Source: an uncultured Verrucomicrobia subdivision 3 bacterium
GTDB lineage: Bacteria > Verrucomicrobiota > Verrucomicrobiia > Limisphaerales > UBA11358
Reading direction: 5' to 3'
Length of the DNA: 64,000 bases
Assembly: GCA_903884535.1 (NCBI GenBank)
Contig: CAISEZ010000067.1
Coordinates: forward strand, 358-64,357
Shown here: positions 18,945 to 27,859 of the stretch, in pieces
How positions within the stretch are numbered: position 1 is the stretch's first letter
How the letters are laid out: every line of letters begins with the position of its first letter
Made by a program: the position numbers and the translations under genes
The notes under the pieces: generated by a model
Database searches by the model: none
What the model was told of the DNA's origin: nothing
What the model saw: the letters and a program-made list of their open reading frames with translations, nothing else

Positions 18945-19373
18945 ATGAAAAGAGAAACCGCCACGCGCTTCAGCGTTTCGCTGCCGCCCGCGCTGCTCGA
19001 ACAACTGGATGAGATGACGCACGAAAAAGGCTATGACAACCGCTCGCTTGCCATTGCTGACATGATCCGCGCCCAGCTCGTGGAGCACCGCCAAAAATCA
19101 GATTCCGGCGAAATCGCCGGAACCATCACGCTGGTCTATGACCATCACAAGCCGCATTTGCAGGCGAGTCTCACAGACATCCAGCACGATCATCACGATG
19201 CAATTCTCTCCACGGTTCACGTCCACTTGGATCATCACAACTGCCTGGAAGTTTTGATCGTGCGCGGCAAGGCCAGCGTCATCCGCCGGATTGCCGACGA
19301 GCTCATCGCGGCGAAGGGCGTGAAGCACGGCAAGCTCACAGTGACGACGACGGGAAAAGATTTGCCGTCCTAA
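18945..19373 (+). CDS. nikR: nickel-responsive transcriptional regulator NikR
   Basis: N-terminal ribbon-helix-helix (RFSVSLPPALLEQLDEM). The C-terminal ACT-like domain carries HVHLDHHNC, which gives the H-x-H-x5-C spacing of the E. coli NikR high-affinity Ni site. Confidence 0.9.
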   Translation: MKRETATRFSVSLPPALLEQLDEMTHEKGYDNRSLAIADMIRAQLVEHRQKSDSGEIAGTITLVYDHHKPHLQASLTDIQHDHHDAILSTVHVHLDHHNCLEVLIVRGKASVIRRIADELIAAKGVKHGKLTVTTTGKDLPS

Positions 19374-19391
19374 ACCAACGTGGAAGGCCGG

Positions 19392-20573
19392 TCAACTTTT
19401 GCTCAAACGCTCCACCGGTTTTTCGAAAAACATCCGGTGCGCTTCTTCGAGGATGTCCGGGAGGCGGTCGGCAAACGGACTGTTCTTCAATACGCCGCGC
19501 AAATCGTGTTCGCGCAGTTTCGCGGCGTTCTCGCCGGGAAACCAGTGTTCAGCCTGGCCAAGTAGATTGTAGCGCATTTTGCCCCACGCCAGCAGGTCGA
19601 GCGGTTTGGCGTAGGTCCAAAGGCGCAAAATTTCCGAGAGGTTAATTTGGCCGGGAACATCCCCATAGTTCGGCAAACCTTCAAACCACCGTGCACACCA
19701 GTCGGCACCGAGAATTTTTTCCATTTCATTGCGCCAGCGTTTTTCAATCGGCGCAATTGTCGCGGGAATGTTATCGTAAAATTCCAGCGCGGCGACGTGC
19801 TCGTCAAAATCCGCCGGCTTCGCCGCGCCACAACTCAAGGTGTGAACTTCCGGACGATTGAGACAATAAAGATCATTGAACTGCATTGGCGTGAGCGGCG
19901 CAGACAGCGCTTTGATTTTTTCGCCCGGCTCCTGAAGTTTGCCGCCCTTGTCGTTCGGGCTGATGATGAACATACCCATGTCCAATTTGTTTGCGGCGAC
20001 GACCGCCGGCCAGTTCAGGTCGTTGACGAAATACCAGTGCAGGTTGACATAATCGAATTCGCCAGTATTGACAGCCTCCAAAATGGTATCCGTGGTGCCG
20101 TGCGTGGAAAAACCGATGTGATGGCAGCGGCCCTCCTTCTGCAGTTTCCGCGCGGCTTCAAGACAACCGCCTTTCTTCAGCGACCAGTCGAGCGTCTCGC
20201 GGTGGTTAATGCCGTGCAACGACAACAAGTCCACATGATCCAGCTTCAGGTAGTTCATCGAGTCGTCGAATGTCTTGAGAAATTCTTCCGCCGTCGCCTT
20301 GGGAGAAACCTTGGTCTGCACGATCATTTTGTCGCGCGGCAGTTTCGGCAACAACGCGCCGAGCTGCATTTCCGATGTGCCGTAACCGCGGGCGGTTTCG
20401 ATGTGATTGATGCCGAGTTCCAGCGCGCGATGAATGCAGGCCTCGAGGTTTTCCTGGTTGGCGCGGGGAATTTCCTGCGGCGGCACATCCTGCCATTTGT
20501 GCTGGTAACGCATCCCGCCGCAGGAAATGACCGGCATCTGCAAATTGGTCCGGCCAAAACGACGATATTTCAT
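19392..20573 (-). CDS. aldo/keto reductase family oxidoreductase
   Basis: [23 protein letters not shown]...[16 protein letters not shown] is a typical AKR N-terminus. The start is set at MKYRRF (20573). The 60-aa upstream extension is rejected. Confidence 0.8.
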   Translation of the reverse strand: MKYRRFGRTNLQMPVISCGGMRYQHKWQDVPPQEIPRANQENLEACIHRALELGINHIETARGYGTSEMQLGALLPKLPRDKMIVQTKVSPKATAEEFLKTFDDSMNYLKLDHVDLLSLHGINHRETLDWSLKKGGCLEAARKLQKEGRCHHIGFSTHGTTDTILEAVNTGEFDYVNLHWYFVNDLNWPAVVAANKLDMGMFIISPNDKGGKLQEPGEKIKALSAPLTPMQFNDLYCLNRPEVHTLSCGAAKPADFDEHVAALEFYDNIPATIAPIEKRWRNEMEKILGADWCARWFEGLPNYGDVPGQINLSEILRLWTYAKPLDLLAWGKMRYNLLGQAEHWFPGENAAKLREHDLRGVLKNSPFADRLPDILEEAHRMFFEKPVERLSKS

Positions 20574-20689
20574 GGAGCGGAAAGTAAATCGTGTTCGACC
20601 CCAACGCAAGCGGCGGGATGCGGCCGCGCACCCGCCGGGGAGCAGAATTCCCGCGTGACAGCCAGCGCGGCGTGAGGCATTGTCCCGCG

Positions 20690-21454
20690 ATGACAACGAC
20701 CGAAGCCGCGCAACTGCTGGACCGATTTCGCGACGGGAAAATCCCGCGCGCAAAAGTCCTGCACGCCTTTCAGGCCGCGCCGGTGGCCGACCTCGGTTTC
20801 GCGCAGGTGGACACGCACCGCGCGCTGCGGAAAAATTTCCCCGAAGTCATTTTCGGGGCCGGCAAGACGCCGGAACAAGTGGTGAAAATCGCGGCCAAAC
20901 TTTTGGAACACGGCCAGCAAGTGCTGGTCACCCGCATCACCGCCGACCATGCCCGCGCGCTCCGGAAAAAATTCAAACGCACCGTCCACCACACCCTCGC
21001 CCGCTGCGTGACCATCGAGAAAAAAACTTTACCCAAGCGCGCCGGCTTCATCGCCGTGGTCTGTGCCGGCACGAGCGATTTGCCGGTGGCCGAGGAAGCC
21101 GCCGTCACCGTCGAAGTGATGGGCAACCGCGTGGAACGCATTCACGACATCGGCGTGGCCGGCCTGCATCGGATGCTGGCGCGGATGGAAACCATTCAAG
21201 AGGCGAACGTCATCATCGCCGTCGCCGGCATGGAGGGGGCGCTGCCCAGCGTTGTTGCCGGCCTCGTTTCCAAGCCGGTCATCGCCGTGCCAACCAGCGT
21301 TGGCTACGGCGCGAGTTTCGGCGGGGTCGCCGCACTACTCGCCATGCTGAACAGTTGCGCCAGCGGCGTGACCGTGGTGAATATTGACAACGGCTTCGGG
21401 GCTGGTTACGCGGCAAGCCAGATCAATTCCTTGGCCACAGATAAACACAGATGA
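20690..21454 (+). CDS. larB: nickel-pincer cofactor biosynthesis protein LarB (PurE-like carboxylase/hydrolase)
   Basis: [31 protein letters not shown] and [16 protein letters not shown] are characteristic of LarB. The start is set at MTTTEAAQ. The last codons and the stop lie inside the CACAGAT repeat element. Confidence 0.9.
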   Translation: MTTTEAAQLLDRFRDGKIPRAKVLHAFQAAPVADLGFAQVDTHRALRKNFPEVIFGAGKTPEQVVKIAAKLLEHGQQVLVTRITADHARALRKKFKRTVHHTLARCVTIEKKTLPKRAGFIAVVCAGTSDLPVAEEAAVTVEVMGNRVERIHDIGVAGLHRMLARMETIQEANVIIAVAGMEGALPSVVAGLVSKPVIAVPTSVGYGASFGGVAALLAMLNSCASGVTVVNIDNGFGAGYAASQINSLATDKHR

Positions 21455-21516
21455 AACACAGATTCTTTTGGCTTCTGTAACTTTCTCCCATCTGTGTTAA
21501 TCTGTGTGCATCCGTG
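21436..21516. repeat. AT-rich palindromic element: 3x CACAGAT then 3x ATC(T/C)GTG at about 10-bp spacing
   Basis: Direct copies are at 21436, 21446 and 21457. Inverted copies are at 21490, 21500 and 21510 (the last is ATCCGTG). It spans the larB stop (21452-21454) and ends 17 nt before the larC ATG. Confidence 0.7.
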
Positions 21517-21533
21517 GTTGAAATAATTTTTCG

Positions 21534-22865
21534 ATGAAAACGCTTTACCTCGACATTTTCAGTGGCATTGCCGGCGACATGTTCGTCGCCGCGCTGCTCG
21601 ACCTCGGCGTGGACGCCGGGAAGCTCGAATGCGAATTAAAAAAACTCAAGCTCGACGGCTACCATCTGCACATCTCCCGCGGACAAAAGTCCGCCATTGC
21701 CGGCGTAAAATTTAATGTGCACCTCGCCCATGCGCACGACGACCACGAACATTCCCATGAACATGGCCACCAGCACGGCCATCATCACCATGCGCACGAA
21801 CATCCGCATGGCCACGAGCACGAGGATCACCACCACGACTACCAGCAAAATTTTGCCGAAATTAAAAAATTGATTTCCCGCAGCAAACTTTCCGCGTGGG
21901 TGAAGCAAAAATCCATCGCTGTCTTCCAGCGCATCGCCGTGGCGGAAGGGAAAATCCACGGCTTGCCGCCGGGCGAAGTTCACTTCCACGAAGTCGGCGC
22001 GGTGGATTCCATCGTGGACATCGTCGGCGCGGCCATCGCCCTGGAAATGCTCGGCAAACCGCGCGTATTCGCCTCGCCGGTGGTCGAAGGCACGGGCTGG
22101 ATTCAATGTGCGCACGGGCGTTTTCCCGTTCCCGCGCCGGCCACATTGGCCATTCTCGGCGCGCGAAAAATTCCCATTTCACAATGCGAGGAACCCCACG
22201 AACTTGTCACGCCCACGGGTGCGGCGCTGCTCGCGGAATTTGTCGAGAGTTTTGGCCCGATGGAAAATCTGGTCGCCGAAAAAATCGGCTTCGGCCTAGG
22301 CACGCGCGATAACCAGACGCGGCCAAATGTGCTGCGCGCCGTGCTAGGCACGCAGGCCAAAGCCCAAGGCCCAAAGGCCAAAGCGAGCGTCGCGATGCAA
22401 TCATCTGCCCATTTAGATTGGGAAATGGATCGCATCGCGGTGCTGGAAACGAATTTGGACGATTGCGCCGGAGAAATTCTCGGGGCATTGGTTGAAACTG
22501 CGCTGGCAGCCGGCGCGCTCGATGTTTTTCACACGCCGATTCAGATGAAGAAAAACCGGCCCGGCGTGCTGCTCACGGTTTTGTGCGCCGAAACGGACGC
22601 CGACAAATTCAGCGAATTCATTTTGCGGGAGACGACGGCGTTTGGTGTCCGCAAGACCATTGCGGAACGGCGCAAGTTGCGGCGCGAATTTGCCGACGTG
22701 AAAACCGCTTTCGGCAAGGTCACGGTGAAAATCGGCCGGCTTGGTGGTAAAGTGGTTCAAGTGGCGCCGGAATTTGAATCGGTCAGAAGACTGGCGGCGC
22801 AAAAAAAAGTGCCGGTAAAACAGATATTCGAGGCGGCGGTTCAAGCCGCAAAAAATTTAAAGTAA
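21534..22865 (+). CDS. larC: nickel insertion protein LarC (DUF111 family), single unfused ORF with His-rich tract
   Basis: N-terminus MKTLYLDIFSGIAGDMFVAALLDLG, the His-rich stretch HAHDDHEHSHEHGHQHGHHHHAHEHPHGHEHEDHHHD, and a C-terminal LarC2-like domain. Confidence 0.9.
   Translation: MKTLYLDIFSGIAGDMFVAALLDLGVDAGKLECELKKLKLDGYHLHISRGQKSAIAGVKFNVHLAHAHDDHEHSHEHGHQHGHHHHAHEHPHGHEHEDHHHDYQQNFAEIKKLISRSKLSAWVKQKSIAVFQRIAVAEGKIHGLPPGEVHFHEVGAVDSIVDIVGAAIALEMLGKPRVFASPVVEGTGWIQCAHGRFPVPAPATLAILGARKIPISQCEEPHELVTPTGAALLAEFVESFGPMENLVAEKIGFGLGTRDNQTRPNVLRAVLGTQAKAQGPKAKASVAMQSSAHLDWEMDRIAVLETNLDDCAGEILGALVETALAAGALDVFHTPIQMKKNRPGVLLTVLCAETDADKFSEFILRETTAFGVRKTIAERRKLRREFADVKTAFGKVTVKIGRLGGKVVQVAPEFESVRRLAAQKKVPVKQIFEAAVQAAKNLK
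22356..22383. repeat. imperfect heptamer tandem repeat (GCCAAAG/CCCAAGG/CCCAAAG/GCCAAAG) inside larC
   Basis: Read directly. It encodes AKAQGPKAKA in the inter-domain linker of LarC. Confidence 0.7.
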
Positions 22866-23695
22866 TGAGCGAAGCGAATAACAAACTGGAAACATTGCGG
22901 GCACTGCTGAAAAGCTACGGCTCCTGCCTCGTGGCGTATTCCGGCGGCGTGGATTCGGTTTTTCTCGCGCGTGTCGCACACGACGTTCTCGGCGACCGCG
23001 CGCTGGCGGCCATTGCCGATTCGGCGAGTTTGCCGCGCCGCGAACTGGCGGAAGCCCTCGACATCGCGACAAAATTCGGCTTCCCCGTGCGCGTGCTGCA
23101 CACGCAGGAATTTGCCAACGAAAATTACACAACGAACCCGGCGAACCGCTGTTATTTCTGCAAGCACGAGTTGTTCGAGGAATTGGCACCGCTGGCGCGC
23201 GCGGAAAATTTCGCCGTGATTGCCTACGGCGAAAACGCCAGCGACATTGGCGATTTCCGGCCGGGCGCAAAAGCGGCGGCCGAATTTCAAGTGCGCGCGC
23301 CGCTCAAGAAAGTGGGTTTGACCAAGGCGGAAATCCGCGAGCTATCCGCGCAGCTCGGTTTGCCGACGGCGGACAAACCGCAAATGGCGTGCCTGAGCTC
23401 GCGCGTGCCTTACGGCGAGACCGTGACGCCGGAAAAACTGCGGATGATCGAGCTGGCGGAATATGCGTTGCGGGATCTTGGCTTTCACGACGTGCGCGTG
23501 CGGCATCATGAACTGCAAAAACAAAATCTCGCCCGCATTGAAGTCGGCCCGGCAGAAATGCAAAAATTTTTGACGGACGGCTTTATGGATAAAATCGCCA
23601 GCGCCTTGAAGGAAATCGGCTACGCGCACGTCACGCTGGATTTACAAGGCTATCGGCGCGGCAGCACGAATGAAGCGTTAGCTAAAGGTGTTTAG
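22865..23695 (+). CDS. larE: LarE ATP-dependent sulfur transferase (PP-loop ATP pyrophosphatase)
   Basis: PP-loop VAYSGGVDSVFLA. Three Cys residues are present (NRCYFCKHE and QMACLSSR). The ATG overlaps the larC stop. Confidence 0.9.
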   Translation: MSEANNKLETLRALLKSYGSCLVAYSGGVDSVFLARVAHDVLGDRALAAIADSASLPRRELAEALDIATKFGFPVRVLHTQEFANENYTTNPANRCYFCKHELFEELAPLARAENFAVIAYGENASDIGDFRPGAKAAAEFQVRAPLKKVGLTKAEIRELSAQLGLPTADKPQMACLSSRVPYGETVTPEKLRMIELAEYALRDLGFHDVRVRHHELQKQNLARIEVGPAEMQKFLTDGFMDKIASALKEIGYAHVTLDLQGYRRGSTNEALAKGV

Positions 23696-23698
23696 TTT

Positions 23699-23767
23699 GG
23701 TGGCACCCGGCATCAATCGGCCCAAATCATGCCCGGCAAGTTTGAGCGGACTCACGTCCGCTGCTAC
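23699..23767. repeat. diverged second copy of the tilS-type palindromic element, between convergent larE and the zinc-ribbon gene
   Basis: The right arm gagcggactcacgtccgctgctac (23744-23767) is identical over 24 nt to 8961-8984. The left arm ggtggcacccggcatcaatcggccc resembles ggtggcagccgacgtgagtcggctc. Confidence 0.55.
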
Positions 23768-23973
23768 GAGGTCGGTGGCTTTTCCTGAAGGCGACGGAGC
23801 TGGTTTTCCAATTGCGTGACGCGGCTGCTGAGGCGCTCTAAAATTTTCCGGGTTTCGACAGGTATGACGACGCAGTCCTCACAATGATGGCGCGTCGCGG
23901 CACTGCCCTTGACGGGATATTCAAATTTCTTACCGCAGGCGCGGCAGGTGCGGGGACGTTCTCCGGAAGGCAT
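23764..23973 (-). CDS. small zinc-ribbon protein with C-terminal coiled-coil
   Basis: A 69-aa protein with two Cys pairs, CRACGKKF...HHCEDC, followed by the helical tail ILERLSSRVTQLENQLRRLQE. It is the last gene of the minus-strand redox operon. Confidence 0.45.
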   Translation of the reverse strand: MPSGERPRTCRACGKKFEYPVKGSAATRHHCEDCVVIPVETRKILERLSSRVTQLENQLRRLQEKPPTS

Positions 23974-23988
23974 CTTCGTAAAAGGTTT

Positions 23989-25611
23989 TCAGCGTTGCCG
24001 TTTTTCCAGTTCATTCACCGCGCTGGTCACGCCGCCATCCATCAGCAGCCGGCGGTCGCGCGAACGGGTTTCGCCGATGGCGGTGACGCGGATGGCGGCC
24101 TCGTCGGTGACAGGACATTCATGCTCACAGATGCCGCAACCAATGCACAGCGCGGGATCCATGTAAGGCTGGCGCAGGGTAATGGAATTGCCGTCGCGCT
24201 TGATGATGGTGACTTCGCGCGAGAAAATGGCTTTGGGCGACACGGGACAAACTTCCTCGCAGACGACGCACGGCGTTTCCATGGCCCACGGCAGGCAGCG
24301 GCCACGGTCAAAGAAGGCGGTGCCGAGCTTGATCGGCCCTTCCGTCACGAACGGTCCGGTGCCGGTTTTTTCCTCAATGGTCACGCGCTGGATCGCGCCG
24401 GTGGGACAGACCTGGCCGCAGAGCGTGCAGTTCACCTCGCAGAAGCCGAGCTTCATGTTGAGGATCGGCGTCCAGACGCCTTCCAGGCCGGATTCGAAAA
24501 CAGCAGGTTGCAGCACATTCGTCGGGCAAGTGCGAATGCACTGATCACATTTTATGCAGCGGTCGAGAAAATCTTTTTCCTCCACGGAACCGGGCGGGCG
24601 GATGACTTTCTTGTCGTAATTGCGGTCGCTTGCGCCGGAGGTGCGGCCAAACGCGTAAAAACCCAATCCAATCAACGTGCCCAGAAAGGCGCGGCGGCCG
24701 GTCACGACGGGCGCGGTGACTTCCTGTTTGAGCGAAGGCAAAAATTTGAAGGAGAGCGCATCTTCCGGGCAATCCTCGATGCAGTTAAAACAAACGAAGC
24801 ATTCACTCTTGCGCAATTGCGTGTGCGGGTCGGACGCGCCTTCGCAACTTTTCAAACACAAATCGCAGTCCACGCACTTGGTAGTGTCGCGGTCAATGCG
24901 CCATAGCGCCGCTGTGGACAGCGTGCCGAGAAACGCGCCCAGCGGACACAGCACGCGGCAGAAGAAACGCGGGATGACGACATTCATGCCGACGAGGAAC
25001 AGCAGCATGAAACCAATAATCCACGCGCCGACGTGAAAGTATTGCCGGACGTAAATGGACGATGGGAAAAGCAAATTGAGCATCGGCAAAACTACGGTGC
25101 TCATGGAGCGATGAAACAGGCAGATTGGGTCGAGCCAGCCAATTTGCAACGTGCCGCCGATAGCCGCAGCGATCATCGCGATGAGGATGACGTATTTCAG
25201 CGAATATAATTTTTTGTAGCGGTTTGCTTCGATGCGCTCGCGTTCGTCGGCGTGGCGCTTGCCCAGCAGCCAGCCGGTGAAGTGATGCAGAATGCCGTAG
25301 GGACAAATCCAGTTGCAAAAAATACGTCCGAACAGCAGCGTCGGCAAAATCAGCAGCAAGCTCCACATCAGCCCCATATAAACCGTATGCGTGGTGATGG
25401 CCGTGGCAAAAGAAACGAGCGGATCGAGTTCGAGAAACAGCGAGACCGGATAGCCTTTGAGGTAGCGCAGGTCGGTGACGAAGACGAAAAACAAAAACAG
25501 CGTGAAGAAAAAAACCTGTGCAACGCGGCGGACGTTGCGCAGCTTGAGCAGATCCGAAAAATTGAATTTGAATTTCACGCCTGCACTTCTTTGTAAAGGG
25601 TGTTTTTCCAA
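23989..25611 (-). CDS. membrane-bound polyferredoxin (NapH/MauN-like 4Fe-4S binding protein)
   Basis: The N-terminal half has several TM helices and the CNWICPYG motif. The soluble half has multiple CxxCxxCxxxCP motifs ([55 protein letters not shown]). The start is uncertain because it overlaps the upstream gene by 37 nt. Confidence 0.8.
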   Translation of the reverse strand: MEKHPLQRSAGVKFKFNFSDLLKLRNVRRVAQVFFFTLFLFFVFVTDLRYLKGYPVSLFLELDPLVSFATAITTHTVYMGLMWSLLLILPTLLFGRIFCNWICPYGILHHFTGWLLGKRHADERERIEANRYKKLYSLKYVILIAMIAAAIGGTLQIGWLDPICLFHRSMSTVVLPMLNLLFPSSIYVRQYFHVGAWIIGFMLLFLVGMNVVIPRFFCRVLCPLGAFLGTLSTAALWRIDRDTTKCVDCDLCLKSCEGASDPHTQLRKSECFVCFNCIEDCPEDALSFKFLPSLKQEVTAPVVTGRRAFLGTLIGLGFYAFGRTSGASDRNYDKKVIRPPGSVEEKDFLDRCIKCDQCIRTCPTNVLQPAVFESGLEGVWTPILNMKLGFCEVNCTLCGQVCPTGAIQRVTIEEKTGTGPFVTEGPIKLGTAFFDRGRCLPWAMETPCVVCEEVCPVSPKAIFSREVTIIKRDGNSITLRQPYMDPALCIGCGICEHECPVTDEAAIRVTAIGETRSRDRRLLMDGGVTSAVNELEKRQR

Positions 25612-26594
25612 TCCACTTTGCCGAGGCCCCGGTCGTTCGCTTTGTGCAGATAAGTCAGTTCGGCGATGTCGCGTTCGAGCAAATGCGAATAGCCGTAACT
25701 GTCCACGGCAACCATGTCCGTGCCGGCCACAATCGTATTCATCACCTTCACATCGGACAGGCGGCCACCGGTCGGGCCGTTGCTCATCAGCACATTCATG
25801 CCGTCAAGGATGACCAACGTGGGTTTCATCATCAGGGCAAAATCGGAGACGATGCTGTGGATGTGTTGATGAAATTGATTCCGTCGGCCGCCCAGCAGCC
25901 CATACCAGTTTTTAGTCGTCATCGAGGCATGGCAGAGGTTGTGATCCTTGCACGGTGCGAGGCCGATGACTTTCGTCGCGCGCTTGAAGGGCGTATTGAA
26001 AAAAGTCCATTCCTTCAAAATCTCGCCGTCAAGCGACAGCGGCGCGAAAGAATTTGTTTCGGGATACAGCAAATCCAGATTCATTTCCGACGCGACGGCG
26101 GTCAGACCGCTCTTGAGAAAACAGCCGGTCGGTGAATTGATCGGGTTGTCGGCAATGACGACTTTGTGCGCGCCGGCCTCAAAACAAAGTTTGGCCACGG
26201 CGCGCAGCGCGTCGGGATGCGTCGTGGCGGCGAGCGCGGGCGGACGATCGAACGCGACATTCGGCTTAATCATCACCACATCGCCGTTTTGAATGAAGCG
26301 CTCCATGCCGCCGAGAGCGGCCATTGCGGCGCGGATAGTCTTTTCATGTTCCGTGCCGTGCGCGATGGCAAGCGACGGATACACTTTACTGATTTCCGGC
26401 GCGTAGCTGCGGAGTTGCAGGCCTTTTACTTTTTCAAAACCGGGGACGAAGTGTTTCGGCTGCCAAAGCTTGCGGGCGGCCAGACCGGAGCCGGCAATGA
26501 GCGCGCCGGTGATGCCGAGACGCACCAAAAATTCGCGCCGGCTGACGGAATTTTCCGGTGACCGCGTTGAATCGTTCTGGTTCGATGAACTCAT
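25575..26594 (-). CDS. Tat-exported DUF362 domain protein
   Basis: Twin-arginine signal [18 protein letters not shown]. The body (VMIKPNVAF...[17 protein letters not shown]...VVIADNP...[10 protein letters not shown]...[11 protein letters not shown]...[10 protein letters not shown]) matches the DUF362 pattern as I recall it. Confidence 0.7.
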   Translation of the reverse strand: MSSSNQNDSTRSPENSVSRREFLVRLGITGALIAGSGLAARKLWQPKHFVPGFEKVKGLQLRSYAPEISKVYPSLAIAHGTEHEKTIRAAMAALGGMERFIQNGDVVMIKPNVAFDRPPALAATTHPDALRAVAKLCFEAGAHKVVIADNPINSPTGCFLKSGLTAVASEMNLDLLYPETNSFAPLSLDGEILKEWTFFNTPFKRATKVIGLAPCKDHNLCHASMTTKNWYGLLGGRRNQFHQHIHSIVSDFALMMKPTLVILDGMNVLMSNGPTGGRLSDVKVMNTIVAGTDMVAVDSYGYSHLLERDIAELTYLHKANDRGLGKVDWKNTLYKEVQA

Positions 26595-26615
26595 TTTAAT
26601 CGTTAGCTAATCTAT

Positions 26616-27803
26616 TCACTTAATCTCGCCGCGCAAATACTTTTCGATGAACGCCCGCGCCTTGGCCGCATCGGTTGCGTCGAACACGCCGCCGAGTTCA
26701 CCTTCGCGCTGATAAATGACTTTCCATTTGCCGAAAACTTGGGCGCTGAAAATTTTCCCGCCGTTCACGTCCGGCAGCACTTCCGCCTTGCCGAACCGCG
26801 CGCAAAAATCCTGAAACGATTGCCACGCCTTGGCCGCAGCATCCGGCGTGGCGACCATGATGAAAAACGGCAGTTCCGCGCCGTCAGAATTATATTTTGC
26901 CTGAAACACCTCCTTGAAATCCGCCTGGCCCTGCGCGTTTTCCGGCACGAACGACACGCTGTCGGCGATCATGCCGGCGGCGGGCAGCTTGCGTCGACCC
27001 GCCAGACCGGAATCATCCACCGGTAAAACTTGCGCGCGGTTTTGCGCAATCGCTTTCGCCAGCGCCAGTGTTTCCGGCTTCACATCCGACGCGATGATCT
27101 GAACATAGACGGCACCCTGCCGATAAAAGTAACCCATCTCGCCGGAATAACCATCAGGCGCAAAATCCAGCGGCTGGCCTTTCGGGTCACGTTCCAGCGC
27201 GAACATGCCGAACGCGTCCACCGGCGAGTCGAAACGGTATTCGTAAATGTCCACAAAACTACCGGCCGCCGCGACGACGCTGAATGTGCGGCAACGAAGT
27301 TGTTGGACGTTGAAGCTTTGATACGCCGGTGAACGGCCGTCAATTTTTTCGTAGAGATTGTCGGAATTATAAAATTCCGTGGGCGACATCGGCTTGAGGC
27401 CGTCGAGCGCGATTTCCATCGGTTCGCCTTTTTCGGCGGGCTTGGGTGTCGTGCCTGATCCTTCCGCGCCGCCTTCTGCCGAACCTTCCTCGGCGGCGGC
27501 CGGCTTTGCGGCCACCGGATTTTCCGCAGCCGGTTTTATTGCCGGCGTCGAAAGCGCAGTGCCGGTTTTGCCCTCGACGGCGACGGCGGTGGATTTCAGA
27601 GAGTCAGTGCGGACGGCGAAAAGATTCGGGTCAAAATGTTTCCCCTTGATCGCGATGGCGAGGCCAATGCCCGCAAGCAAAACAACGATGACCACACTGG
27701 CGAGGCGCTCGGCCAATGGAATGTTGGTGCGGACAAATTCGCGGCGGTTGCCGGCGGCAGATTTTTTCTCGTTCGCCATGAATTCAAAATTGAGAACCGC
27801 CAA
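26616..27803 (-). CDS. hypothetical N-terminally membrane-anchored periplasmic protein
   Basis: One TM helix (LASVVIVVLLAGIGLAIAI), an Ala/Pro/Glu-rich linker and a ~270 aa globular domain with no motif I recognise. The alternative start MANEKK is at 27779. Confidence 0.55.
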   Translation of the reverse strand: MAVLNFEFMANEKKSAAGNRREFVRTNIPLAERLASVVIVVLLAGIGLAIAIKGKHFDPNLFAVRTDSLKSTAVAVEGKTGTALSTPAIKPAAENPVAAKPAAAEEGSAEGGAEGSGTTPKPAEKGEPMEIALDGLKPMSPTEFYNSDNLYEKIDGRSPAYQSFNVQQLRCRTFSVVAAAGSFVDIYEYRFDSPVDAFGMFALERDPKGQPLDFAPDGYSGEMGYFYRQGAVYVQIIASDVKPETLALAKAIAQNRAQVLPVDDSGLAGRRKLPAAGMIADSVSFVPENAQGQADFKEVFQAKYNSDGAELPFFIMVATPDAAAKAWQSFQDFCARFGKAEVLPDVNGGKIFSAQVFGKWKVIYQREGELGGVFDATDAAKARAFIEKYLRGEIK

Positions 27804-27859
27804 ACCAGACGGGCTGGCAGCGAATAGATTTCAAGCCATATCTTCCCGCAGTTCCGCAA

